Below are positions 1-10,404 of a DNA stretch of 64,000 bases, piece by piece. Origin of the DNA: Macrostomum lignano (Eukaryota); assembly GCA_002269645.1 (NCBI GenBank), contig NIVC01000236.1:186001-250000 (forward strand), read 5' to 3'. Under the pieces are notes generated by a model. That model had not been told where the DNA came from, did not search any database, and saw only the letters and a program-made list of their open reading frames with translations. Positions within the stretch are counted from its first letter, which is position 1; each line of letters begins with the position of its first letter. Made by a program: the position numbers and the translations under genes.

Positions 1-1031
1 GCCAATATGGGGGGCAGAGCAGCTCCGACTCTTGCGCCTGGGCCCCGGTGTTAGACTTTGCCATCTCCGTGCGCTTGCTGTCTCCGGCCGGAGATCGCAA
101 GACAAATGTGAGTCTGCTTTGCGATCTCCAGTCCCAAGAGTCGTTGTCCCAAGGTTTTTTGACTTTTTGTTAAAAAAATCATTTTTTAATACATTATAAC
201 TTCTTTTACCAGGACATCACAAACCGGATATCGCAAAGCAAACCTTAAGTTTTCGGCCGGATATTCAACCTAGCTTGTGACTTCCGGGGGGGGGGAGACT
301 GCAAGTACCCCGGAGAACGTGACTGGCATTATTGGCTTTACAATTTACAGTCAATAAAGTGGCCAGCTCAAAAATTTAATACAGGTAAAAAGTTGGAATA
401 TCTAAAATTTGCCTCAATAATAATAATTTCAGCTCCCAGAATGACCGTCTGTCTCACCTGACTTTGCCAACCCCCCCCTGAATCAATCAATAAACTGAAT
501 TTAAGTAGCGTTGATGATGAATGCATTTTATGAGCCGCCTGAGCGCATATAATAATGAGAGACGCCTAACAAGAGCCGGCAGCGGCTGACTTCAAGGATT
601 AAAGCAAATTTTAATTGCCTCGGGGCTGGATCAATTTTTTTGTTCCAGATACAAGTTTAATATTTATGAGATAAACAGATATGAGCATGCATATGATTCC
701 ACTGCCAGAGCTCTACTAAAGGATAGTAGGGGGGGGGGGGATATGCGTCCTCGGCGCTGACAAATTGCGACTAAAATAGCATGGTGGTATTGCTGAGTCT
801 GTGGTCATTGGTAACACAAAAATATAGTAGTTTTTGTACTTCCATACTTATATTTTTGCTTCTTTTCTTCAAGAGCTCACTGTAAACAGCAATAGCTTTT
901 ACTCAAATTCAATCGTCAAAAAGATAGAACACATTAAGTAACGTATAAAATATAAAAAAAGTAATGAGTTGTCATAGCTACTGCAAAGTTTCGATGCTAA
1001 AGAAGTCCGCTATCAAACAGTTCCAAGGCAA

Positions 1032-3020
1032 TCAGTGGCAAGAGGCCTTGGACAGAAAGTGGACGACCACCCTGCCTTGATCTTCCGGATTTCCGCCGGT
1101 GACGCCATAGCAACCGTTGTTGCCATGGCAATACGAGCCGCCGCCGCCTCCCGGCTGGTGGCTGGCCAGGCCGGCGCCGCCCCCGCTGAAGCCGCCGCCA
1201 CCGCCGCTGCCTCCAAACGCGTTGCCGCCGCCGCCGCCTCCGCCGAAGCCACCGCTGCCGCCGGAGTTGAGGACGCCGGCCACTCCGCCCAGCCAGGCCT
1301 CGCCGCGGCTGCCGCCGCCGTCCCCGTCGGCAACGGAGCGCCGGTTGTCCGGGGCGCGGCCGAGCCAGCCTGCGCCGGCGCCGCCGAAATAATAGACACT
1401 GGAGGCGTTGGCGACGTTCACGATGCCCGGCTGGCCGTTGGTGCCGCCGAAACCGTAAAAGCGGGAGTTGCAGCCGCAGGGCGTCGTGTCCGAGCCGCTG
1501 GTTCCGTTCTGGCCGGGAATACCTGCTCAGCGGATGCAAAATCATTTCATCATTTGGCCATTTAGCAGTGCCCCAGCTGACTTTGCAATGCCTTAATCTT
1601 GCAGTCAATAAGCTTAGCAGTCAGTCCAGCTCACCGACATCCCAAAGGTCCCTCCGCCGCCGCCGCCAGCTATGATCAGCGGCTGGTCGCCGACCTCAGT
1701 GCTGACGTACACGAAGCTTCCGCCGCCGCCGCCAGCTCCGGCTTTCTCGTGCGCCTGCGACGGGTCGCCGCCCCGCTGGCCAACCACGATGGCCAGCTGG
1801 GTGCCGGCTGTCAGGTTGAAGCTTCCCGCCATGAAGGCCCCTAGGCCGCCGGCTGTCACAGTCGGAGGCGTTGAGCTTGTCGGAGCTGAGGTACCGCCTT
1901 TGGCGCCGAAGGCCTCGATTCGATAGCAGCCGGTTAGGGAGATCGTCAGGGCCTGAATGGTGCCGTTGGGGCCTGTGCTCGAATCTGCAATTAAAATCAA
2001 ATCTTTGAACTTCGAGATCATATAAAGAAGCCACCACATGTGCTTGGTCAGAAGTGCATTGTCGACTTTGTTTCTTTGAGCCGGTCCAATATGTATTGGC
2101 AGATCCTATTAAACCACAGTTGATGCTATGCAGGCTACGCAGAGCAGAAGGCACAAAATTTCTTTAGCAAACTTGTATAGTAAATCACAAATTGATCACA
2201 CGTGCACCAACCTTACAATACGCATACCGGAAGTCCCAGAAGGTGAGGATGTAGCCAGCCAATTTAGTGGCAAAAAATACTGGACTTCTTAATGTTACTT
2301 TTCCATTTCGAAGCAAAATTGGGCCCTATTATAGCAAACTTTCATAATTTTGAAGTGTTTTTTCATTTACTGGTCCCTGGGTGCAGTAAAACATCACGTT
2401 TCCATCTCACTGAATTTCACTGCATTTTAAAGCAAAATTGGGCCCTCAAGAAGCAAATTTCCATCACTGACTCGTTTCGTCCTTCCACTGCCAGTGGTCC
2501 CTGGATGCAGCACCGGCTAAAACGTTCGCTTACTTTTGAAGACAAAGTTTCCGTATTTCCTGTCATTTAGCAGCTTCTGCAGGTCGGACACCTTCCACAC
2601 CTGATCGCCTGGCTCCGCTCCCACCAGCCGCGGCACGTGACTGTCAGGTGGACCCGCCGTCGCCGAGGCATCGTTGACGACGATCAGCTGGCAGAGCCCG
2701 CCCGACCGTAGCACCAGAATGGCGCAGCGCCTCAGCGCGCACATCACAAAGCAGCTGAGACGCAGGGAAACCACCGTCTCGGCAATCACGGAGCTGACAG
2801 ACTCCTCCAGCTGGATCGGTCCCGAAGGCTCCAGAAACTGACCGCTCGAGATCGTCAAGGTTGTTGGGGTGGCAGTCACGTCTGGATGAAGTTGCGGCTC
2901 AGTCTGTTTAGTTTTCTAAGAAAAGCTAGACTCAAGTAGTCAGTACATGTACTTACCAGTTGCTAACAAATGTACAACCGCAGCAATCCAGATGCCCAGA
3001 CCGGGAATTAACAGAAGCAT
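1032..3020 (-). CDS. Secreted protein: signal peptide + Cys-containing PAN/apple-like domain + ALK/LTK-type glycine-rich domain, with no TM or kinase domain (exons 3020-2957, 2881-2534, 1984-1635, ~1522/1508-1032)
   Basis: Exon 1 encodes MLLLIPGLGIWIAAVVHLLAT (hydrophobic) then G|GTAAGT. The first two introns join in frame with phase-1 GT-AG sites. Motifs YRIEAFGAKGG, LAIVVGQRGG, GAGGGGGSFV, PLIIAGGGGG and GGFSGGG..GGGGGSY match the ALK/LTK glycine-rich domain. The last junction is ambiguous: a phase-0 donor meets the first AG in phase 1, and an alternative AG lies at 1509-1510. Confidence 0.75.
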
Positions 3021-3628
3021 TTTGAAAGCTTCAACCAAGTTTTAGCATTTGATAAACTGTTTAAAGTCAGGGGCTAAGCAGCGAGGTGAGTCGGTTTTCA
3101 AAACAATTTACTTGATTTATAAACGGCTCACTCACTCCCCCCCCCTAGAGCAACAATGTAGGACCGGGACAATTGCCATTGGCTGAGCGTCAAATTTTTA
3201 ATGAAGAGTTTATATTCTTGCTATTTGCAAATACGTCACCTTAGCATTGCTCCTCAGATGCAAACTATTAATCAGAGACGTTGTATTCGTCTCACAGTCG
3301 TCGCAATAAAACGCGGGCCATCCCGATAGAAATGAATCAAGAGGCCAAACTTTGCAATAAATTTTGCGGCAGAAACAACACAATCGATTTATTTGTTGTT
3401 CTAAAATATTTGCTCAGTGGTGAATAAAATATTTCATGTGAAAAGAACCAAGCGAACTTTAAGACCGGGATAGATGATAAAAATGCAGATATAAAAAATC
3501 CTCGTTTGAACGCTGGCACAAGCAGATTTGGTATCGCAAGGGGGTTTTAAGATCCAAACAGTGAGCAAGTAGCAAAATGGTCTATTTATAGATGAGCTGA
3601 GAACATGCCTTTCGTCTCCGCACGCTGC

Positions 3629-5047
3629 TCACGACTTGGCACCGTCCGAGGGCGCTTTCGCTGCTGTCACCGTTTTTGCCGTCTTCGGCGCGGCACCCTG
3701 GTTCGAAGGCGCAGCTTTAGCTTGAGCAGTAACGGTTGCAGCCCTTGGAAGTGTTCCAGTAGATGGAGCAGCGTTCTTCTTGACTCTTGGCAGGGTTGAA
3801 GTAGAAGTCCCGTCAGTTGCTGCTTCCGCATTGCCACTTGAAACAGCCGCAGCTGCACCGTTTGAATTGGTGCCAGCCTTCACGCCTGCAGTACCGGTGG
3901 TTGTATTGGGCTTAGCGACTGCCTTTTTAACCACAGTGGCTTCCGAGGACGCCTTGGGAGCCGCAGTAGCATTGGTGATGGTCTTGGGAGCTGCAGCGGC
4001 ATTGGTGGTGGTCTTGGGAGCTGCAGTGGCATTGGTGATGGTCTTGGGAGCTGCAGCGGCATTGGTGATGGTCTTGGGAGCTGCAGCGGCATTGGTGATG
4101 GTCTTGGGAGCCGCAGTAGCATTGGTGATGGTCTTGGGAGCTGCAGTGGCATTGGTGATGGTCTTGGGAGCTGCAGCGGCATTGGTGATGGTCTTGGGAG
4201 CTGCAGCGGCATTGGTGATGGTCTTGGGAGCTGCAGTAGCATTGGTGATGGTCTTGGGAGCTGCAGTAGCATTGGTGGTGGTCTTGGGAGCTGCAGTAGC
4301 ATTGGTGGTGGCAGTGGCACCGGTCTTGGCTACATTAGCTGCTTTTTGTGGCGCTGAAACAGTAGCAGCCTCTCGAGTTGCAGCATTGGCGTTCCCTTGA
4401 GAAGTAAAAGCGGCAGCGGCTGTAACAGTGGCCGCTTTGGTGCTTTCAGGAGCGGCATGTTTTGCAGACCTGGCAGCCGCGACAGCAGCCGCAGCAGACG
4501 CAACCGAAGCCAGCTGAGCGTTGGCGATGCAACTAGCAACTTCGCTAGGAGCCGCCCTAGTATTTGTACTTGTAGTACCAGTGGCGTTTGTGATGGCGCT
4601 GCTTTTGTTGTTGGATGGCGCGGCAGAATCCGACGACGCAACTGGCTTCTCACTTTTCGGTGGCACGGCAGCGCTAGTAACAGTACTGGCAGCAGTGACA
4701 GCGTTGGCGTGCACAGTAGCAGTCGAGACGGCGGCTGTGCGCGCAACGACGGGCGGCGAATCTGGCTTGTCCGGCGAGTCCACAACGAACGGCACAAAAT
4801 AGGCTTCATCGGAGCGGCCAAGGCCAGCGTTAGACTTTTTCCCGGCCGCTTTGAGAAGCGGAAAGTTGGGACTGCGAAGCTTTGCTTGATCGTTTTCCCG
4901 AAAGCGGAAGTTGTCCAGCGAGTCCTGCTTCAAGCTGTCATCATCGCTGTCAGCGGCGCGGGCGTTCTCAATGGCCTCGGTGTTGGCGGCATTTTTCTCG
5001 TCGACGCTGCTTCTCCGCCGGCAGCAGCAGCAGCACAGGAACCGCAT
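3629..5047 (-). CDS. 472-aa Ala/Thr/Pro/Lys-rich low-complexity protein with N-terminal Cys string (MRFLCCCCCRRR) and 12 x 10-aa repeats
   Basis: The ORF is uninterrupted and extends well beyond the repeat on both sides. The ATG directly follows an acceptor-like ctctag|a. A CpG-rich upstream region lies at ~5100-5450. Confidence 0.75.
   Translation of the reverse strand: MRFLCCCCCRRRSSVDEKNAANTEAIENARAADSDDDSLKQDSLDNFRFRENDQAKLRSPNFPLLKAAGKKSNAGLGRSDEAYFVPFVVDSPDKPDSPPVVARTAAVSTATVHANAVTAASTVTSAAVPPKSEKPVASSDSAAPSNNKSSAITNATGTTSTNTRAAPSEVASCIANAQLASVASAAAAVAAARSAKHAAPESTKAATVTAAAAFTSQGNANAATREAATVSAPQKAANVAKTGATATTNATAAPKTTTNATAAPKTITNATAAPKTITNAAAAPKTITNAAAAPKTITNATAAPKTITNATAAPKTITNAAAAPKTITNAAAAPKTITNATAAPKTTTNAAAAPKTITNATAAPKASSEATVVKKAVAKPNTTTGTAGVKAGTNSNGAAAAVSSGNAEAATDGTSTSTLPRVKKNAAPSTGTLPRAATVTAQAKAAPSNQGAAPKTAKTVTAAKAPSDGAKS
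3953..4312 (-). repeat. Coding 30-bp tandem repeat (T[I/T]TNA[T/A]AAPK x12)
   Basis: The plus-strand unit cattggtgatggtcttgggagctgcag[c/t][g/a]g repeats in frame within the 472-aa ORF. Confidence 0.95.
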
Positions 5048-5149
5048 TCTAGAGACTGTGGTGGTTGATGGGTTTGTATTTTTTGTCTGCTGGAACTCCT
5101 GAGCTCGCTGCGACTGGCGCTGGGACTTTCATATGCTCAGTTTACGATC

Positions 5150-5450
5150 AATCGATAAAGGGTGCATTTATTTAATTGGTGGGGGGCGATCGGGGACGGA
5201 AAAATGGGGGCCTATTGCGGTGACTCAGACTGCCTGGCTTAAGCTGGTGGTGTGCAGCCAGTTGTATCTCCTCTCCTATTGGCTCACGCAGTGGGGTGGA
5301 GGAAGCGAGGGGTAGAGGGACGAGTGTACATTGCGCGCACTCGCGTGTGGCCTTATTCTCCGATCAGCATCAGAATAAACGAGAAGGCGCGTAGTCTTAG
5401 CACCCACCCACTCCACCAACCCTGCTCTCCCGGCCTGTATTCTTGTGACT
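5150..5450 (-). promoter_or_regulatory. Probable promoter of the Cys-string gene
   Basis: CpG-rich, with a GC box (ggggcg ~5182), an AP-1-like TGACTCA (5221) and a CCAAT box (attgg ~5278) upstream of the ORF. Confidence 0.35.
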
Positions 5451-5740
5451 TCATTTTTCTCTCTTCTAATCGGCAGGCCAGCCTACAATGCAAGGCGGAC
5501 TAAAATTATTGCATAAATGGACCAGCATCCACGATTGAGTCATTTTAATCTTACGCTTTGGAATATTTTTGCGTGACGGCAAAAATATCAGCCGGGTTAT
5601 CAAATGTTTTCAGTTTTCTTCTCATCTCAGTTTTGAAGTCATCAGAATGTATACGCTCGTAATATTTTCACGAATAACTTTTGAACGAATTATTTCGTTA
5701 AATTAATAAATAATACTATAATTGATTACATCTCTCTAAT

Positions 5741-6003
5741 GGGCAGATGTGCAACCGACAGCTCAGCCGCAGCTATTGTGCAGCGCATCTGAAGGCTGCG
5801 TACGGCTGTTCAGTCTTCAGTCCAAGAACTGGGGGGGGGGGGGTCGCCGCACACACCTTTAATTACCCCAGCTAATGCTGGCACCCATTTTACAGCTGGG
5901 TGAGCTGAAGCAATGCAGAATTAAGTGTCTTGCTAAAGGACACATTGTTCCGATTGGGGTCGAGAAAACCCGACCTTTCAGTCGTGAGTCCAACGCTCGA
6001 ACC
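5741..6003 (-). mobile_element. tRNA-derived SINE, copy A (central CORE/Meta-like domain, stem-loop tail)
   Basis: Clear homology to 60387-60661 (+) and to the interrupted copy at 20405-21390. Central domain gtgtcctttagcaagacacttaattctgcattgcttcagctcacccagctgtaaaatggg. Confidence 0.8.
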
Positions 6004-6278
6004 TAGAGGCGTTAAAAAAGTTAGTATATATCCTTGAAGTTGCTTGTTTAAATGTTTGTTTTTAACGCCAAAAAGTTCTCTATAGTTTCTTAAATTGATT
6101 TTAAAATTACAAAAGAATGTGAATATTTTTAAAATAATATTTCCGTCCTAAGAAGACTACCGTATGAGTAGACTCTACCTTACAATATATTTCGCAAACA
6201 GTCAGAATAGTACGTCGGGAATACAATAGTTTAAAACATTTGTATAAATATAAGTCAGGACTCAGGGAGTCTAGCAGG

Positions 6279-7696
6279 CTACAGTCTGGGCAGGGCCTTG
6301 GGCAGAGTGGAGCCGCAGGGCCCGGCAACGAAGTAGCTGACGTCGCTGCTGCTGCTGCAGCTGGCGTCCAGGTTGAATTCGGCCAGCTGGGCGCCGGACC
6401 TGCGCGCATCCGGGGCGATCATGGCGGCCGGGTAGACGGCGTTGCTGGTGCCAACCACCAGGACGAAGTCGGACATGTTGGCGAACTCTTGCACGCTGCT
6501 CAGTTCGCCCTCGTTTAGCGGTTCGCCAAACCAAACCACGTAGGGGCGCAGCAGGCCAGAGCAGCCAGCGCACCTGCAAGGTGGCAGGCAGAGATCTATC
6601 TGATATGCAAGATGTGGTGGAAACCGGACAATTCAGACTCATTTTCAGAGTACGCACACAGCCTCGCATATCACATTATAATTTGTAAAGTTATTTTATA
6701 ATTGTAAACAAGCTTCGCAAAGAAATCTAAATGTAAAAAAATTGAATTAAAACGTGCAATCATTGCACTGCACTTAAATTCTTGGAAAGGCCAAGCTTTT
6801 CCTGCCTTAACAATTTCAGCAAAAGCAGCTAGTGTTTTAGGGATATTGTACTCAAGTAATCTTCTCTCTTTAGTCAATTAGCAATGCTAAATTGATATTT
6901 ATAGCTACAAATACGAGACCGATCCAATATGAATTGAGTGGATTGAGTGCAAAGCACAAAATAAGTTAGTTAGCAATTACTAATTATTAATAACTAGTCA
7001 GCACTATCCGGATTGGCAATTTTCGGAATCCCCTATGGTCGATCCTGGGATCCTGGGATAATTAGAATTTCTTAGATCTCGAGTGATTGAAATCCCGGAT
7101 TGTATTCTCTAATACAGACAGACAGACAGACAGCAAATAATTGTCAGCAGTAACCTGGGCAGCTGGTCCTCGGGAATCGGTGTGGAGTCGGCCTGCGGGC
7201 TGGGGTCGCCGCGGCCGCGCAGTGCCTCGCAGATCGGGCTGTCGTAGTTTTCAGTCACGGAGTCGCAGGCGGTGCAGCGCACCAGGAAGAGGCTCCGGTG
7301 CAGCTCGATAACGCGGCTGCTGCCGGCCCGCTGGTGCAGCCGGTCGATGTTCTGCGTGGCCAGCATGAAGTCGATGCCGCGCTTAAGGCAGAATTGCTCG
7401 AATTTGGCGATGGCCACGTGGGCGAGGTTGGGCTTGGCGGCCAGCGACTTCTCCCGCCGGTAGTGGTACAGCTCCCACACCTGGCTGGGGCTTCTCTGGA
7501 AGGCCTCCGGGCAGGCCAGCTCCGAGATGGTGAAGCCGCGCCAGCTGCCGGCCGTGGAGCCACGGAAGGTCGGGATGCCCGACTCGGCGCTGACCCCGGC
7601 ACCAGTCAGCACCAGGACTCGCTTCGACTGCGACAGCTTGTCGTGCAGCTCCGTCAGCCGCTGCTCATCCGATTGCTTCTGACCTCTGGTTGCCAT
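6279..7696 (-). CDS. SIRT5: NAD-dependent protein deacylase, class III sirtuin (exons 7696-7155, 6573-6279)
   Basis: Motifs GAGVSAESGIPTFRG, YHYRR (Tyr/Arg acyl-specificity pair), TQNIDRLH, CTAC...CAGC zinc site, LRPYVVWFGE, VVGTS..VYPAA and EFN. The phase-2 intron CCCAG|gttact...ccttgcag|G joins the frames. Confidence 0.93.
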
Positions 7697-8156
7697 GCCA
7701 GATGTCTGAATACGTGTTTAAAGGAGCCCGTGAGCTCTGCTGCAGTCTTATAACATATGCCTATATAGTCTGTAGAAAGTGTAACAATGCTAGAATATGT
7801 TCTGCGAGCTGTACACGGCCTCTATTGTGTTGCAGAATTGCACAGTCTGCTGCTCTATGTTTAGCACAAAATGAATTTCGTTTCGGTTTCTATTGCAGCA
7901 AGCTCTGTACCAACTCAATCAAGAAGTCTAAACTGCATAGCTGAGCAGGCCATAGCTATGAAATTCACCTGAAGTAGCACTACTTTTCGAGCATTCGGAA
8001 GTCGCGATGCCAGCCGAAGTGCAGAACTGAGTAGCCGATACTGAAAATCATTCAGAGAACACACACGAGAGCGTCAGCTACTGTAATTTGCGTTTCAGCG
8101 AATTCCGCCTGTCACAGAGGTGTCTACACAATTGGTATCCTAAATGACATGCTTGG

Positions 8157-8311
8157 GCGCAACCTTGGGATTCACTCAGCCGTTTCTATTGGCAACACAC
8201 ACATGTATGTCGCTATTGGACAGAATAGTAGTCACGTGACTGCTCTCAGCCAATAGAGACTTACATGTGTGTGTTGCCATAGAAACGGTCGGGTGATTCT
8301 CAAGGTTGCGC
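8157..8311. repeat. ~155-bp imperfect palindrome (hairpin/MITE-like) carrying RFX X-box, CCAAT and GTCACGTGAC motifs
   Basis: The left arm gcgcaaccttgggattcac...agtcac is the near reverse complement of the right arm gtgact...tcaaggttgcgc. The centre is GTCACGTGAC (8231-8240). Confidence 0.9.
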
Positions 8312-8404
8312 ATGTATGCGTAAGACTAAATTTAGGACAACTCCCAACCAATTACTACTGCTCGTCAGTAGTAAAATAAGTGGTTTATTTTGAGACTTCC
8401 TATA

Positions 8405-9775
8405 AAAAAACCAATAAGAACCACAGAATACCAAAAAACTAGATGGGTCACTTCTATAAGGGGTATAATATGCTTAGCAAAACAGCTCTGTACTTCCTGT
8501 TTAGTAGCAAGAAAGAATGCATAAGCTATTTTATAAAAAGAAGCAGATAAAATTACTGATAAGTTTAGAAGCCAAAGCTTGCAGACAATTGATTGAGCGT
8601 CACTGGAAATGTACATAGCAGCTTAGTCTGAGCACTGAGAAAGCCAATTAAAATTGGGCGGCGTGGCGGGAGGAGGGTGTGGGGGTAGAGGTTTTGTGTG
8701 GAGACGCAATTAGAGGGTTAAGTTAGGAGGGGTTATTAAGAAACAAAAACATCTTGTCTATAAAAATACGCTAAAATTCCTCTGTTTAGCTGTCTACTGA
8801 ACTGACAGTAGCTTACGCGCACATTTGCTGAGCGGCCCATCCAATCATTTTAAGTATCCGCGATAATAACCAAACCAATTAAAAAAAGACCAAAAAAGCG
8901 ATTTTGAAAGAGCGGCAAAAGTGCATCGGCAAGACGGTTGCAGCGCTTTGCCGGGCTCGCACCATCGTGTACTGCTGTTTATTATCAGGGCCTCAAGCTC
9001 TTGGAAAAAATCAACTATGACAGGCATTTTAAATAATTTAAATTAGCACTAACGCGAAGGTACCGCTAGAGGACAGGTTCTATTTATCAGTAATTGAAAA
9101 CTATGACAGTTGAAATGAATTGAAACCTTGAGGCCGGCTTAGCTACAGATTAGGTGCTTTCACAATCCCCGCACCAGTTTCAAACTCCAAAGTTTTACGC
9201 AGGTTTTATCCCAGGCCGCAAAGCCAGTGTGCAGTGTCAATTTGCATGAAATTTATTAGAGAAGGGCGAATGTGAAACTCGGGGATTGGGAAGCACGCCT
9301 CTGGTAGATAAATTGATTCCACTTTCTTTCCACGGAGCCACAGATACTAGAATAACTAGATGGGCCACTCAGCACATTTGCGTGTAAACTACTTTCAGTT
9401 CAGTAGTACGTTAAACTGAAGCATTTCATTTTTAAAGCCAAGGCTCTCATTTATTGGCTCTTACCCTCAGCTTAAACCCTCCGACCGCGCCTTTCCACAC
9501 TACCCCCTGCCACCGCCCCAATGTTTATTGCCTTTCTCGGAATTCCAGCCTAAAGCTGCCATGTACATTTCAGTGGACTGGCTAATGTCCATTATTGCTG
9601 AACCAATTAGCAAGTTGTTTACGCCAAACTTTGTTGGGCTTCTAAACTTATCAAAGTCATTTCAGCTGCCTTTATTTTTATAAAATAGGTTATGTATTAT
9701 TCTTTGCTACTGAACTGAAAGTAGAAAGCTGTTTTACTAAGTATATTTGCCTGAGTGGACCATCCAGTTCTTTTA
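8405..9775. mobile_element. Old long-TIR (foldback/MITE-like) element with diverged ~300-bp inverted arms (~8405-8720 and ~9470-9775)
   Basis: For example, ttagcaaaacagct..tagtagcaa..tattttataaaa..gataagtttagaagcc..aaatgtacatagcagc recurs reverse-complemented at 9550-9750. Confidence 0.6.
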
Positions 9776-10404
9776 GTATCTGTGCCACGTAGCAACAATT
9801 TAAAAACGAAACGCTATATCATATCACAATATGTATGATATTATAATTGCAATGGCACACAAATCTACTAGGGGAAGATTACAATCAGAATAAAAGACAT
9901 GGCATCTGCGTTTCAGCAATATAATTAAACTATCGCTAACAGACAGACCTCTGTCGGCGAGGTTTGAACAAAATTGATTAAAATTAAATTTGAGCATTCA
10001 TATAAATTGCAACAACAGACTGTCAGGCTCTTAATAAATCAGATCTAACCCGAGGAATCGCGCATACGGTAAAAGAAGCCACTGGCAGATTAATCAGAAA
10101 ATTTCTATCTCAGCCAATCAAATTGAGACAGCGCAAGTTAAAAGCAAATTTATTATAATAACATTTGCATTTGCAGCGAGTTAAGTGGAGCGACAAAATC
10201 GCAAAGGAAGTGCAGCAGGGGTCCCGGGTCTGTTTATTGAAGAGCTACAGTAAAAAATCGCATGAAAATTCAATGGCATGGCATGCAGTGAAATTAAGTG
10301 AAACCCACTTATTAATTTAATTAATTTACTGGAAATTGGAACTTTGTTTGCGCTAAATTCATTTGTAAAATTGTTGAGAAAGGGGATGCTTGGCTATTGG
10401 GATA

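Noticed and set aside
997-1844. Overlapping GC-rich antisense/alternate-frame ORFs (also over SIRT5, SLC25A44, RRP1, HACD3)
   Set aside because: Shadow ORFs of GC-rich exons.
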